Origin: Octopus bimaculoides
Taxonomy: Eukaryota
Reading direction: 5' to 3'
DNA length: 63,667 nucleotides
Assembly (NCBI RefSeq): GCF_001194135.2
Contig: NC_068989.1
Span: 92,861,778-92,925,444, forward strand
In this document: positions 52,073-63,667 of the stretch, in pieces
How positions within the stretch are numbered: position 1 is the first letter of the stretch
How the letters are laid out: the number at the start of each line of letters is the position of its first letter
The notes under the pieces: model-generated
The model's input: only the letters and a program-made list of their open reading frames with translations
The model's database searches: none
Told to the model about the DNA's origin: nothing
Translations under genes and position numbers: made by a program

Positions 52073-53219
52073 TCTTGTGTTTCGTTTATTCTACTGCCTT
52101 GTGTTTCGTTTATAGAACGAAGTACGATATACCCGAAGAGTGATCTTAACAATTACCTATCGAAAATATATAAGCAAAGAACAGATGCGAAGAGACAAAG
52201 ACGGGAGTATGACGTTAATGACGATACCTCGCAGTGTAAGATTTTTCAAATTGCTGTCTGGCAATTTTTCAAATTGCTGTCTGGCAATCGTTTAGTTTAA
52301 AGAAATTTTCAAAAGCATATTTTGATAAAAATGTATTTAGATTGGAAAATTTAAGAATTATCATAACAATATAGACGTTAATAATTGCTTTCTTTTAGTG
52401 AATTTTACATTCTCAAAACCGTCCCTATTTTAGCAACGATACTTGTGTATGTATAACTATAAGTATATTTAAATATATAATATATGTATGCATATATATA
52501 TGAGTGTGTGTGTTTGTGTGTATGTATGTATGTGTATACATGTATGTATATATATACGTATTAGAGGTTTATCAATATGAAGTAAGTGGAATGTGGTAAC
52601 TACCATGCACTTTTGTAACGAATCTCTCACCTGAATAATAGAGAGAGAGGGGGAAGAGGAGGAGAGAGAGGGAACGAAGGGAGAGAAAGAAAGAGAAAGA
52701 GAGAAAGAAATAGTGTTTGATCGATTAGAGGCAGAAATTTTGTTATTGATCTGATCTCGTAGTTTGGCACAGTTGAACGGATACAGGAATGTCGTGTGTA
52801 TATAACCAACTCTCTGTAATATATGTACAATCAATCCTAAAGCTTACGTTACGGACATATCCTTAATTAGATGTCCACCAGTGATCATAGAAATTTTCAA
52901 AAAGCTTCTGACAACCTTGCTATCTCATGCGGAGCAGTGCCGCACCGTTGTTCTAGTTTCTATCTAGGGAGCATCCGGCAATCGCAGCTAATTCCAGAAA
53001 AAAAAGTGTATATATTGTAATGTACTGTATGTATTGAATGCATGTATGTATGCATGCATGTATGTACGTATGTACGTATGCGTGTATGTTAGTATGTATG
53101 TATGTGTGTGTGTGTATGTATGTATGTATGTATGTATGTATGTATGTATTATGAATGTATGTATTCACGTATATGCACGTATACTGCATCTGCTATCTAA
53201 ATAAAATAAATATATATAG

Positions 53220-54331
53220 CTGCGAAACCTTGGCATAACTGGTAAATTAGTAGAATGGCTGCATGACTTCCTGAATGGTAGAAGTCAGACATTTGCAGCC
53301 AATGGAGAACTATCTAGGGAAACACAAATATTGAGCGGTGTTCCGCAAGGAACTGTCCTGGGGCCATTAATGTACATTCCTTCAAGCTATTTGTTTATTG
53401 AGCTCTTTAGTTCAATTCCTTAAAACAAAATATATACTCGTTTCTTAAGAAATATTTCTATATAGCTCGAAGTAAATTTTATTGACGTACATTGCTGTAG
53501 ATTATCTCTGCACATATACCGCAGACAGCTGGCGGGGTGGATACTGAGGACATTCCGTACAAGGGATCAAAAAGTCATGTTGACTCTATGGAAGANNNNN
53601 NNNNNNNNNNNNNNNNNNNNNNNNNNNNNNNNNNNNNNNNNNNNNNNNNNNNNNNNNNNNNNNNNNNNNNNNNNNNNNNNNNNNNNNNNNNNNNNNNNNN
53701 NNNNNNNNNNNNNNNNNNNNNNNNNNNNNNNNNNNNNNNNNNNNNNNNNNNNNNNNNNNNNNNNNNNNNNNNNNNNNNNNNNNNNNNNNNNNNNNNNNNN
53801 NNNNNNNNNNNNNNNNNNNNNNNNNNNNNNNNNNNNNNNNNNNNNNNNNNNNNNNNNNNNNNNNNNNNNNNNNNNNNNNNNNNNNNNNNNNNNNNNNNNN
53901 NNNNNNNNNNNNNNNNNNNNNNNNNNNNNNNNNNNNNNNNNNNNNNNNNNNNNNNNNNNNNNNNNNNNNNNNNNNNNNNNNNNNNNNNNNNNNNNNNNNN
54001 NNNNNNNTCAATGCCCTGCCAAAACATTTGAGAGACCTGCAAGACACGGATGTGGAGGTTTTCAAGACAAAACTCGACGCTTTCCTCTCCACGATACCAG
54101 ACGAACCAATGGCTCGAAATGAGACACAGTTTAGGGCAGCGATGTCAAATTCTCTTATACACCAGATGTGCCATCAAAACTCTTGATTGGACTATATCAG
54201 GTGCAGGAGAAGAGCCATACAAGGAACGTGAAGAGAGCAAAGCATAAAGACAGAAAATCACGATGGTGCTCCAGCATGACCACAGCCACTTGGCTGAAAC
54301 CCATAAATAAATAAATAAATAAATAAATAAA
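53220..54331 (+). mobile_element. CR1-type LINE, 5'-truncated, internally rearranged, with intact 3' end
   Basis: LRNLGITGKLVEWLHDFLNGRSQ..SGVPQGTVLGPL (RT), then RQLAGWILRTFRTRDQKVMLTLWK, a gap, then FNALPKHLRDL..FKTKLDAFLSTIPDEP..stop at 54247, a short 3' UTR and a (TAAA)n tail. Confidence 0.92.
53365..53527 (+). repeat. Exact 163-bp duplicate of 55965-56127
   Basis: Base-by-base identity from CATTAATGTAC to CCGCAGACA. Confidence 0.97.
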
Positions 54332-54742
54332 TATATATATGTACATATACTCACACACACAAATATATATCTGTGTATATGTGTATACATATGTATGTAT
54401 ATATGTGTATGTATATACGTATTGATCATAATCCATACACACACATGTACATATGTGTGTACGTATGTATGTATACATGTACGTATGTATGTATGTATGT
54501 ATGTATATATATATAGGTATGTATGTATGCATGTATGCATGTATGTATGTATGCATGTATGCATGCATGCATGTATGTATGTATGTATGTATACAACAAA
54601 GGTGTAGAACGAATCAATTTTCTACATACGTAGCATTTGCATTTTTTCGGTGCTTTTTTCCTATTAGTGCCATTTTTGATGCTTATACTCTTTCATTACA
54701 TAAACACGTATTTTCATCAGGGTGTAGGTTGTATGTGTGCGT

Positions 54743-54789
<47 letters not shown>

Positions 54790-55307
54790 CGCGCACACAC
54801 ACACACACACACTTAATGCGAAACGTCATCGAAGAAATGAAGATATGAAGATGGCGATGAAAAAGGCCTACCAACTCCAGTCAAAACCTTTTCCGCCCAG
54901 CAAATATTTATGTGAAGGCAGAGAATAGACGGACGACTGGGTAGAAAGTTGTAAAGATTTGAATGTATATAAGAGGATGAAGTACTCAATACCGAAATTG
55001 AAGTGTTTATACTTCTTTGGAGCCTGAAGTTTGATGTTCTTTCAAAAAATTATAAAACAAGTCGCGTGTGTGTGTGTCTATGTATGTGTGTGTACATGTT
55101 CCTCCAAATGTAAATTCAATCGACCATATGATCAGAGCCTGAAGATTACTTGGAGGCACAAGGCATGTTATAAAACCTGCCTGGATTAACGTCTCCAATC
55201 ACGAAATTTTTGTAGTTCTAACTTCATATTGTGTACATTATATGACATATACACACACATATATATATATATAAATATATATATATGTGTGTGTGTATGT
55301 GTATGTG

Positions 55308-55369
<62 letters not shown>

Positions 55370-55439
55370 TAAGCACACACGCATATATGTATGTATCATG
55401 CTTGTGTATATGTTAAAGTTTGCTTGAACATGGAGACAT

Positions 55440-55660
55440 GTTGGTTTCAAATTTTGGCACTAGGCCAGCAAGTTTATTGTGGTGGGTAAGTCGATTACAT
55501 CCACCCTATTGCTCCACCGGTACTTATTTCATCGACCCCGAAAGGATGACCGGCGAAGTCGATCTCGGCAGAATTCGAACTCAGAACTTAAAGACGGATT
55601 TTGATTTGCCCTTAAACATTTTTCCCGGCGTGGTAACGATTCTGCTAGCACGCTGCCGAT
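55440..55660 (-). mobile_element. SINE family 2 copy
   Basis: TTTCAAATTTTGGCACTAGGCCAGC..TCGACCCCGAAAGGATG..GAACTCAGAAC..AACGATTCTGCTAGC. Confidence 0.88.
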
Positions 55661-56209
55661 GAACGCGCCGACATATTGTACACAAAGACTGTATTTTCTT
55701 TCGCAGAATTTAACAAAAGAGGTAAAATGAAAGAATCGCTTAGAGCATCACATGATAATATTATACTTTGCAGTTCGTCTGAGTTACAAACAAACGAAGA
55801 CAAATAAAGGGTATTTATTTTAATATATATGTGTGCGTTTATATATATATATATATATATCCACACACACACACACACATGTATATCCATACATACGTAC
55901 ATGTATATATGATATATGGGGTGTGTTGAGCTGCTTTTTTATCTGTTTATGTCTGCTTACATTACATTAATGTACATTCCTTCAAGCTATTTGTTTATTG
56001 AGCTCTTTAGTTCAATTCCTTAAAACAAAATATATACTCGTTTCTTAAGAAATATTTCTATATAGCTCGAAGTAAATTTTATTGACGTACATTGCTGTAG
56101 ATTATCTCTGCACATATACCGCAGACATAAATATATAGCCATCCAAATTAATATATGATATTTACATCTTGTGTCTTATGTGTTCCTTCCTGTGGGTGTT
56201 CAATACTTA

Positions 56210-56377
56210 CCGCATTAATTCGTATATAAGTCGCACTATTTTACACGAGATTTTAAGAGGAATAAAAAAAACTGGAATGCAATTTATACATCAGACGAAG
56301 CTGAATCTATGAAGGGAACTCTGTAGCAAGATTTAACACTGAATTAGCAATGCGCCCTATACACGTATAAAGATCAG
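56210..56377. mobile_element. Small Tc1/mariner-superfamily (pogo/Tc2-like) MITE
   Basis: TA|CCGCATTAATTCGTATATAAGTCGCA matches the right end TGCGCCCTATACACGTATAAAGATCAG|TA imperfectly. Confidence 0.5.
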
Positions 56378-56475
56378 TAAGTTCAATTTGATATCCGACC
56401 GACTGCAGGATAGTTCGGTTAATGTGCATAACGTCAAGACAGAAAGAAACAACGATAGAGAGATAACATTAGGTG

Positions 56476-56476
<1 letters not shown>

Positions 56477-56561
<85 letters not shown>

Positions 56562-56682
56562 AAGAAGAAGAAGAAGAAGAAGAAGAAGAAGAAGAAGAAG
56601 AAGAAGAAGAAGAAGAAGAAGAAGAAGAAGAAGAAGAAGAAGAAGAAGAAGAAGAAGAAGAAGAAGAAGAAGAAGAAGAAGA
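56477..56682. repeat. (TAA)n(GAA)n compound microsatellite
   Basis: Direct reading. Confidence 0.97.
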
Positions 56683-56685
56683 AAC

Positions 56686-56946
56686 AATAAATCATATTGT
56701 CTCTGGCTGCCCAGTCCTGGCTAAGAAGGAATATATTCACAGACACGACAGAGTTGGGACCTGCATACACTGGAAGCTATGCCAACACATTGGAATAACA
56801 ACAGAGAAAAGGTCACAGAAAACGAGAAAGCAACCATACTCTGGGATATGCCAATACACACAGATAGAGAAATTAAAGCAAATAGACCAGATACAGTTGT
56901 CAAAGATCATGAAGAAAAAATGCTTTCTAATCGATGTATCAATACT
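56686..56946 (+). mobile_element. R4/Dong-clade LINE fragment
   Basis: INHIVSGCPVLAKKEYIHRHDRVG..IHWKLC..KATILWDMPIHTDREIKANRPD..LIDVSI, with a frameshifting deletion. Confidence 0.9.
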
Positions 56947-57049
56947 GAAAGCTTGTGGATATCTAAGGTTACTGGTAGTAACTCGCTATCCACATAAACT
57001 CTGCTTAGAATAAGAACGAGCCTGAGTCAAATCAATACTAACAATAATT

Positions 57050-57795
57050 AGAGCAGGCTTTGAGAACAAATTCTATCAAGTCCTCTATAGACCACACATC
57101 AGAGTCACCATTGTGCATATAATGTGGGCAGGAAGCTGAAAGTGTTCGTCACGTTATCAGTGGCTGTTCATAGTTAGCATGAAAAGTGTACGGACGTTGA
57201 CATGACAAGGTCTATCCTAGGGCGTATTGGGAATTCTGCAAAAATACGCCTTTATGTGCACAGATAATTTCTATGACTAAATTCCACAGACTTTGGTTGA
57301 CAATGAGCGAATAAAACTCATATAGGACCTGGTCGGTTTTACAGACAGGCATGTGGAGCATAATTGCCATGATATTACAATTGTATTCGAAGACACACAT
57401 AAATGGGTCATGACAGGCATCGCTGTTCCTGCTGACCAGAATGTTGAAATCAGCGAAAGGGTAAAGGTAGATAAATACCAGGATTAGGCGAGCCAGGTAC
57501 GAGAAACACAAGAGGCAACAGACAAAATGTGTTCTTTGTTCATCAATGCACTCGGAACAGTTTCAAAGAATCTGGAGGCAATACGTGAGGACTAAGGCAT
57601 ACCAGATATTGGTACAAATGTAAGGGTAGAACAGCTACAAAAGCCAGCATCGCTTGGAACTGCAGGAAGTTTTCGTAGGGTTCTTGAAGCATGACCGGTA
57701 AAACACTTTAGTCTGTTGGCTGTGGACCCCCAACACTTTCCTTCATACCCAGCAAAATAAGCTGAGAGTTTTCATTAAGTAATAATAATGATGAT
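57050..57795 (+). mobile_element. R4/Dong-clade LINE 3' fragment (older, many stops)
   Basis: EQALRTNSIK..C..C..ESVRHVISGC..HDKV..KVDKYQD..QLQKPASLGTAGSFRRVL*, then 3' UTR and (TAA)/(TGA) tail. Confidence 0.88.
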
Positions 57796-57990
57796 GATTT
57801 CAAATTTTGGCACGAGGCCAACAATTTTGGGGAGGGGATAAGTCTAGTATATCAACCCCAGTGCTTGGCAGGTACTTATTTTATCGACCCAAGAGAACGA
57901 AAAGCAAAGTCAACCTCACGGAATTTGAATTCAGGCCGCGCGGGCGGACAAAATACTGCTAAGCGTTTTGCCCGGCGTTCTAACGGTTCT
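57795..57990 (-). mobile_element. SINE family 2 copy
   Basis: TTTCAAATTTTGGCACGAGGCC..TTATTTTATCGACCC..AAAGTCAACCTC..TCTGCCAGCTC. Confidence 0.85.
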
Positions 57991-58026
57991 GCCAGCTCAT
58001 CCGTCTTAATAATAATACGAATATTG

Positions 58027-58102
<76 letters not shown>

Positions 58103-58104
58103 TA

Positions 58105-58153
<49 letters not shown>

Positions 58154-58695
58154 TAACCGATTTTTTTATTCGCTAAGGAGAGGAAGATGAGATGAATCAT
58201 TGTTACAAGAACATAATGTCGATGATATTAATAATAATTCATAATAAAACAATCTGACGTTGTATGGAAAAAAGTAGAGNNNNNNNNNNNNNNNNNNNNN
58301 NNNNNNNNNNNNNNNNNNNNNNNNNNNNNNNNNNNNNNNNNNNNNNNNNNNNNNNNNNNNNNNNNNNNNNNNNNNNNNNNNNNNNNNNNNNNNNNNNNNN
58401 NNNNNNNNNNNNNNNNNNNNNNNNNNNNNNNNNNNNNNNNNNNNNNNNNNNNNNNNNNNNNNNNNNNNNNNNNNNNNNNNNNNNNNNNNNNNNNNNNNNN
58501 NNNNNNNNNNNNNNNNNNNNNNNNNNNNNNNNNNNATATATATATATATATATGTATGGGTATATGCATATATTTATATATTATTTATATTATATATATA
58601 TATATATATATATACATTTATACATACATACATACATGAATACACACACACACGATAAACGCGCGCGTGTGTGTGTGTGTGTAATTATGCACGTA

Positions 58696-59780
58696 TTGGG
58701 TTGTCAGATAAATTTGTTTCCATTTGTTTTAGTCTTTATTCTTCATCACCAATTTTAACACAAAACTCAATAATACATTCTCCTTCATTATTCACGACTT
58801 CTTGCCATCATTCTACAAGCTTGTCAACGCCTTGGCGATAGAGACCATTAGTCTTCACTCAGAGAATTCATAGAATCACATTTCCACTCTTGCGTCATTG
58901 TTGAACAAAACGCCATGCAGGATAACGGAGAGATCGAAAAAGCTAGTAGTCTGAAGTCGCATTATCAAAAGAATACAGTGGGAGCGGTAGAATTTCCTAT
59001 CTGAGCTCTTGTATAGCATTTTTGGTCAAAATTAACGTCGCAGGGGCGAGAGATGTTGTGTTGAAGAAGCACTTCATGTTGCGACCAAAACTGTTTCAAC
59101 CGGAATGCCTTGTCCCACTGGCTTCGCATTGACCGTTTAGTTGGTTGCCAGCATTTAATACTGGATTAGCCCTTCCTAGTCTTATCAAATGCTGATCATT
59201 GTCTTGCGTGGATGCAGCTCTGGCTTGGCTTGAGCTGTTGCTTGCTTGTCGGAATTTAACCATTTTTCTACTGCTTCGTATGGATGTAAATACACCATTC
59301 TCCACTGCTGGTGACGATGCGGTAAAGAAATCTTTGTATCCACAAGTAAAGTGGCGTTAAGCGAGCAAACTGGCAGTAAAGCAGCAGTGCTGCAGTTTTG
59401 TCTATTTCTTCCAGAACGTGTGGTACCCATGCACCAAGGTTTTCGACCTTACCCATCCAGTGAAACTGACAGGTAGCCGTATCACGAGAACATTCTATCT
59501 GCTTAGTCAATTCCCTAATAGACGGGCACGGATCCACGTGAATGACCTCGTTCAGTCGATCCTTATTGAAGTGAACTGGTCGGTCGGAACGCAGAAAGTC
59601 TTTGAGGTCAAATTTCCCCTACTTGAAGCGTGGAAACCAATTCTGTGCAGTTCTTTCAGCAATGGCACCTTCTCCGTATACAGCATTAATGTCTCTTGCG
59701 GCTTTGGCAACTTTGGAACATTGATTGAAAACGATGACTACCACGTGTCAAAAATGATCACTTTTTTTCTGCTTGGCACT
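58696..59780 (-). mobile_element. Degenerate near-full-length mariner (DD34D) transposon
   Basis: Minus-strand frames read AARDINAVYGEGAIAERTAQNWF..F..DL.D..RSDRP, GAWVPHVL, RIVT..EW, and a decayed YSPDLAPSDY-like block; TIR-like TA|TTGGGTTGTCAGATAAATTTGTTTCC at 58696. The other TIR was not found. Confidence 0.88.
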
Positions 59781-59804
59781 CTGTCGTCACATGTCCGAAA
59801 CGAA

Positions 59805-59985
59805 GGAAAATTTGTGTCGGTGCGTTTAAGTCTCCGTAACTTAGCAGTTCGACAAGAGACCCCGATTGTACAAATGTCCGGTTTCAGAATAAGTTCTGTA
59901 GACGATTGATTACACTAAAAATTGCTCAAAGCGATGCCCCAAAATGGCCGCAGTCTAATGAATGAAACAAGTAAAAGGCAAAGGA
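59805..59985 (+). mobile_element. SINE family 1, 3' half
   Basis: GTCTCCGTAACTTAGCAGTTCG..AATAAGTTCTG..GCGATGCCCCAAAATGGCCGCAG..TGAAACAAGTAAAAG. Confidence 0.8.
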
Positions 59986-60249
59986 CGAAACATGAAGGAA
60001 ATCACTGCTGTACAGGTGAAGCGGATGCACCGTCGATCTTGAATAGGTTTTATTAGTTTCCAGTTGGAATTCTTCTCCTACGCAAGGAAACGAACATATT
60101 CCATGCAAAGTTATTGACGTCCTTCAAATGGGGTAAATTTGAATCCGGCGACTGTTTCACGGCGGACCGATCGGATGTAAACATCGGCGTACATACATAG
60201 TCCTACACCATCTGACCAGTTCTAACGCCTGAGACATGTTTGCAACCAT

Positions 60250-60470
60250 TTCCAGGGAGTTGTTAGCTACTATGGCAGTAAAGCCGTTGGATTACGTCGA
60301 AGTTTCTTTTCTTGGACATTCTTAATCTTGCAGATTAATCGGGATTAATAATTTAGGAGAGGAACTCCCAGATGTAGAAGCAAATCCAGTAAATGCTGCA
60401 ACAACATTTCACGTATCATCCTCCTATATTGGAACCGAATGCTGGATATGCATCAGAACATCTGTTTCTA
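60250..60470 (+). mobile_element. Possible Helitron Rep relic
   Basis: Broken frames give VSSSYIGT..MHQN, resembling the Helitron LPSSYIGSPRxMH motif; weak. Confidence 0.25.
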
Positions 60471-60839
60471 TCTCCAAAAATTTGTTTCTCTATCTCTTTC
60501 ATTTTATATAAGTGAGTGTGCGCGTATTTGAGTGTATGTGTCTGTGTATGTGTATGTGTATCTGTGTGTCTGTGTTTCAGTATATGTACGTATATGTATA
60601 TACATATAGGTAGATATATATATGGAAATGTGCGTGTGCGTACTTACATTCATGTAGGTATATTCATATATGTAGATATATAATATATAATATATATGTT
60701 TGTTTATCAATATTCTTATATATACATGCACACACACATACATACACACATACACACACACATATACACACATGCATATAGTTCGCGTGTGTATATATAA
60801 TATATTTGTAATCATATATATATATATATNNNNNNNNNN

Positions 60840-60880
<41 letters not shown>

Positions 60881-61216
60881 TAGATAGATGGATAGATAGA
60901 TAGACGTGTATAACATTTAGTATACATATGTGTATGTGTGTAAATGTATATCATTATACGTACTGATATACATATATATCTGACTTCCTCCTCTCTCTCT
61001 TCGTCTATGTTTACCAATCTTTACTACAGAAATTTAAAACTGTACGTTTGCGTGTGTACGTTGGTGTGTGTGTGTGTTTGTATATGTGCGTGAGAGGGGG
61101 GAGAGAGAGGAGAGAGATGGAGAGAAAGAGCATGTGTCTTAATCACTTGTCTGCATATTTCGATTTACTTCGCTCAATGTTTGACAGCTTGTCTAACTGT
61201 CAATCAAGCTCTCTCT

Positions 61217-61283
<67 letters not shown>

Positions 61284-61400
61284 ACTCACTCACTCACTTT
61301 CTCTATCTATCTATCTTTCTAACTGTATATCTTTTTGTCTTTCCATTCTTCCACGCATTATTATTTCTCTGAGAATTTATGTACACACATACACACATAC

Positions 61401-61449
<49 letters not shown>

Positions 61450-61889
61450 NNNNNNNNNNNNNNNNNNNNNNNNNNNNNNNNNNNNNNNNNNNNNNNNNNN
61501 NNNNNNNNNNNNNNNNNNNNNNNNNNNNNNNNNNNNNNNNNNNNNNNNNNNNNNNNNNNNNNNNNNNNNNNNNNNNNNNNNNNNNNNNNNNNNNNNNNNN
61601 NNNNNNNNNNNNNNNNNNNNNNNNNNNNNNNNNNNNNNNNNNNNNNNNNNNNNNNNNNNNNNNNNNNNNNNNNNNNNNNNNNNNNNNNNNNNNNNNNNNN
61701 NNNNNNNNNNNNNNNNNNNNNNNNNNNNNNNNNNNNNNNNNNNNNNNNNNNNNNNNNNNNNNNNNNNNNNNNNNNNNNNNNNNNNNNNNNNNNNNNNNNN
61801 NNNNNNNNNNNNNNNNNNNNNNNNNNNNNNNNNNNNNNNNNNNNNNNNNNNNNNNNNNNNNNNNNNNNNNNNNNNNNNNNNNNNNNNNN

Positions 61890-61954
<65 letters not shown>

Positions 61955-62266
61955 ATATATGTGTGTGCATGTGTATGTATATATATGCATTATATATATA
62001 TATATTTATGTGTGGGTTAATATATACGTGTACGTGTATACACTCATACACACAAACACACGCACATGGATTTATACAATCTGATATGCATTTATGTAAA
62101 CACAGATATATACATGTGCGCACGCACACACGCACTCACATACACACACACCCGCATCCACACAAGCTAGCAGAGCAGATTGTAACGTTTCAACAAACAA
62201 ACTTGCTTGAAATCATTAGAAATATATAAAAGAGTGAAAGAGAAAATGAAAGAATGAAGGATAAAA

Positions 62267-62352
<86 letters not shown>

Positions 62353-63667
62353 TAAGAAAGAATGTGTTCGAAATGATAAAAATGGAAGCAGAAAAGACCC
62401 AATGAACAAAAGAAGGACAAAAGAAAAATAAATGGTAAGCATAAAATGGTTCTGAGAGTCTTTGAAACTAGGAAGCTGGTTTGTTTGAAGGAATGTGGCG
62501 CGTAATACTGCAAGTGTGAAAGTATTTATCATGGATCCGCTTGTATCTCTGCTGTTGAACGCGAGAAATATGCGATAAAGAGATATCAAACGCGCTCAAC
62601 GAGAGTCAGCCATTTTTTGTACTTTTAAATAGTTGTGTGTGTGTGCGTGCGCGCGTGCACATATCTCTTTGATACACACACATACACACACACACACTCA
62701 CATACATACAGATACACACTCAGGTGTGTGGGTGCATGGTATTTTTCGCTTAATGCGTTTCATGAACGTGTGATTGAGTTTGCAAATAAACATTTGCATG
62801 CGCCTGTATTTGAATAAATGTCTACCCCTTGATATATTCACACACACGCATACACACACACACACACACACACATTGGCACATGCACACACATATACACC
62901 TATGCATGTGTATGTGTGACACATCTATTTGTATATACATTATATACGTATTGATATATATACACATACACTTACACGTATATATAATTTCACACATATG
63001 AAAATGTACAAAACTTTCTGTATGTAAATACATATATATGTGTATGTGTATGTGTGTGTGAAGGTGCGTACGTACGTATGTATGTATGCATGTGAGTGTA
63101 TGTATATATGTATGTATGCATGCATGTATGTAAATATGGATGTTTATATGTGAATGCGAATTCGAAGTATACCCACGAGATTGAAATCAAAATGTTTGGT
63201 TGCAAATATCCTTATATGCAATAAAGTGCAAAATACTACAAAATACCTCTAACTACACGCAAAAAATGGAAGCAGGCAAGATTGCAAATGGCAATAACTA
63301 GTCTCGCACACTCGCACATGCGCAGTTACACATATATAGCTACATATACGTGTGTATGTGTGTGTGTTATTCCAAACGTGTTAAGCCTTGCTATGTTATC
63401 TTAAAACGAGATAAAAGCTTTTCTTTCCCATTGTATGTTGAGCAGAACACTTTAGTAACATTTCTCGTGTATTTAGGTGTTTGTTTATCTTTCCATCCTT
63501 GCTCTCACTCTGCATATGTGGACGTGTGTGAGTGTGGTTGTATGTGTAAACGTACGCACACACATACGTACAGGCGAAATTCAACAATCAAATCTGAAAG
63601 AAAAGCTGCAAATGCATAAGGAACCCTCAGAGGAGCATACATAGAAACATAAATTAATATATATATA

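Noticed and set aside
62400-62560. Minus-strand acceptor and open frame (RDTSGSMINTFTLAVLR..)
   Set aside because: No suitable donor and no recognisable homology; the frame continues into a CT microsatellite.

Overview
A 63.7-kb window of a draft eukaryotic scaffold with about 24 N-gaps, nearly all abutting microsatellites. The extreme microsatellite load and the tRNA-derived SINE families point to an octopus genome (inference from family recognition, not a search). There is no operon, CRISPR array or intact long ORF; the long ORF-track entries are N-gap or microsatellite artefacts. The sequence is intronic/intergenic and contains at least five SINE families, decayed LINEs (CR1-type, RTE, four R4/Dong-like fragments), two mariner relics, several MITEs and two related TTAA-associated foldback elements. 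One credible host exon lies on the minus strand (13244-13337); its peptide resembles the amino-terminal domain of AMPA/kainate-type glutamate receptors. The best second-look items are that exon, an exact 163-bp segment replacing the middle of a CR1 LINE, a mariner built from two inverted 5' ends, a LINE-SINE shared 3' tail, a tRNA-Thr-headed chimeric SINE and abundant dsRNA-forming inverted repeats. I do not see evidence for a wholly new biological system.
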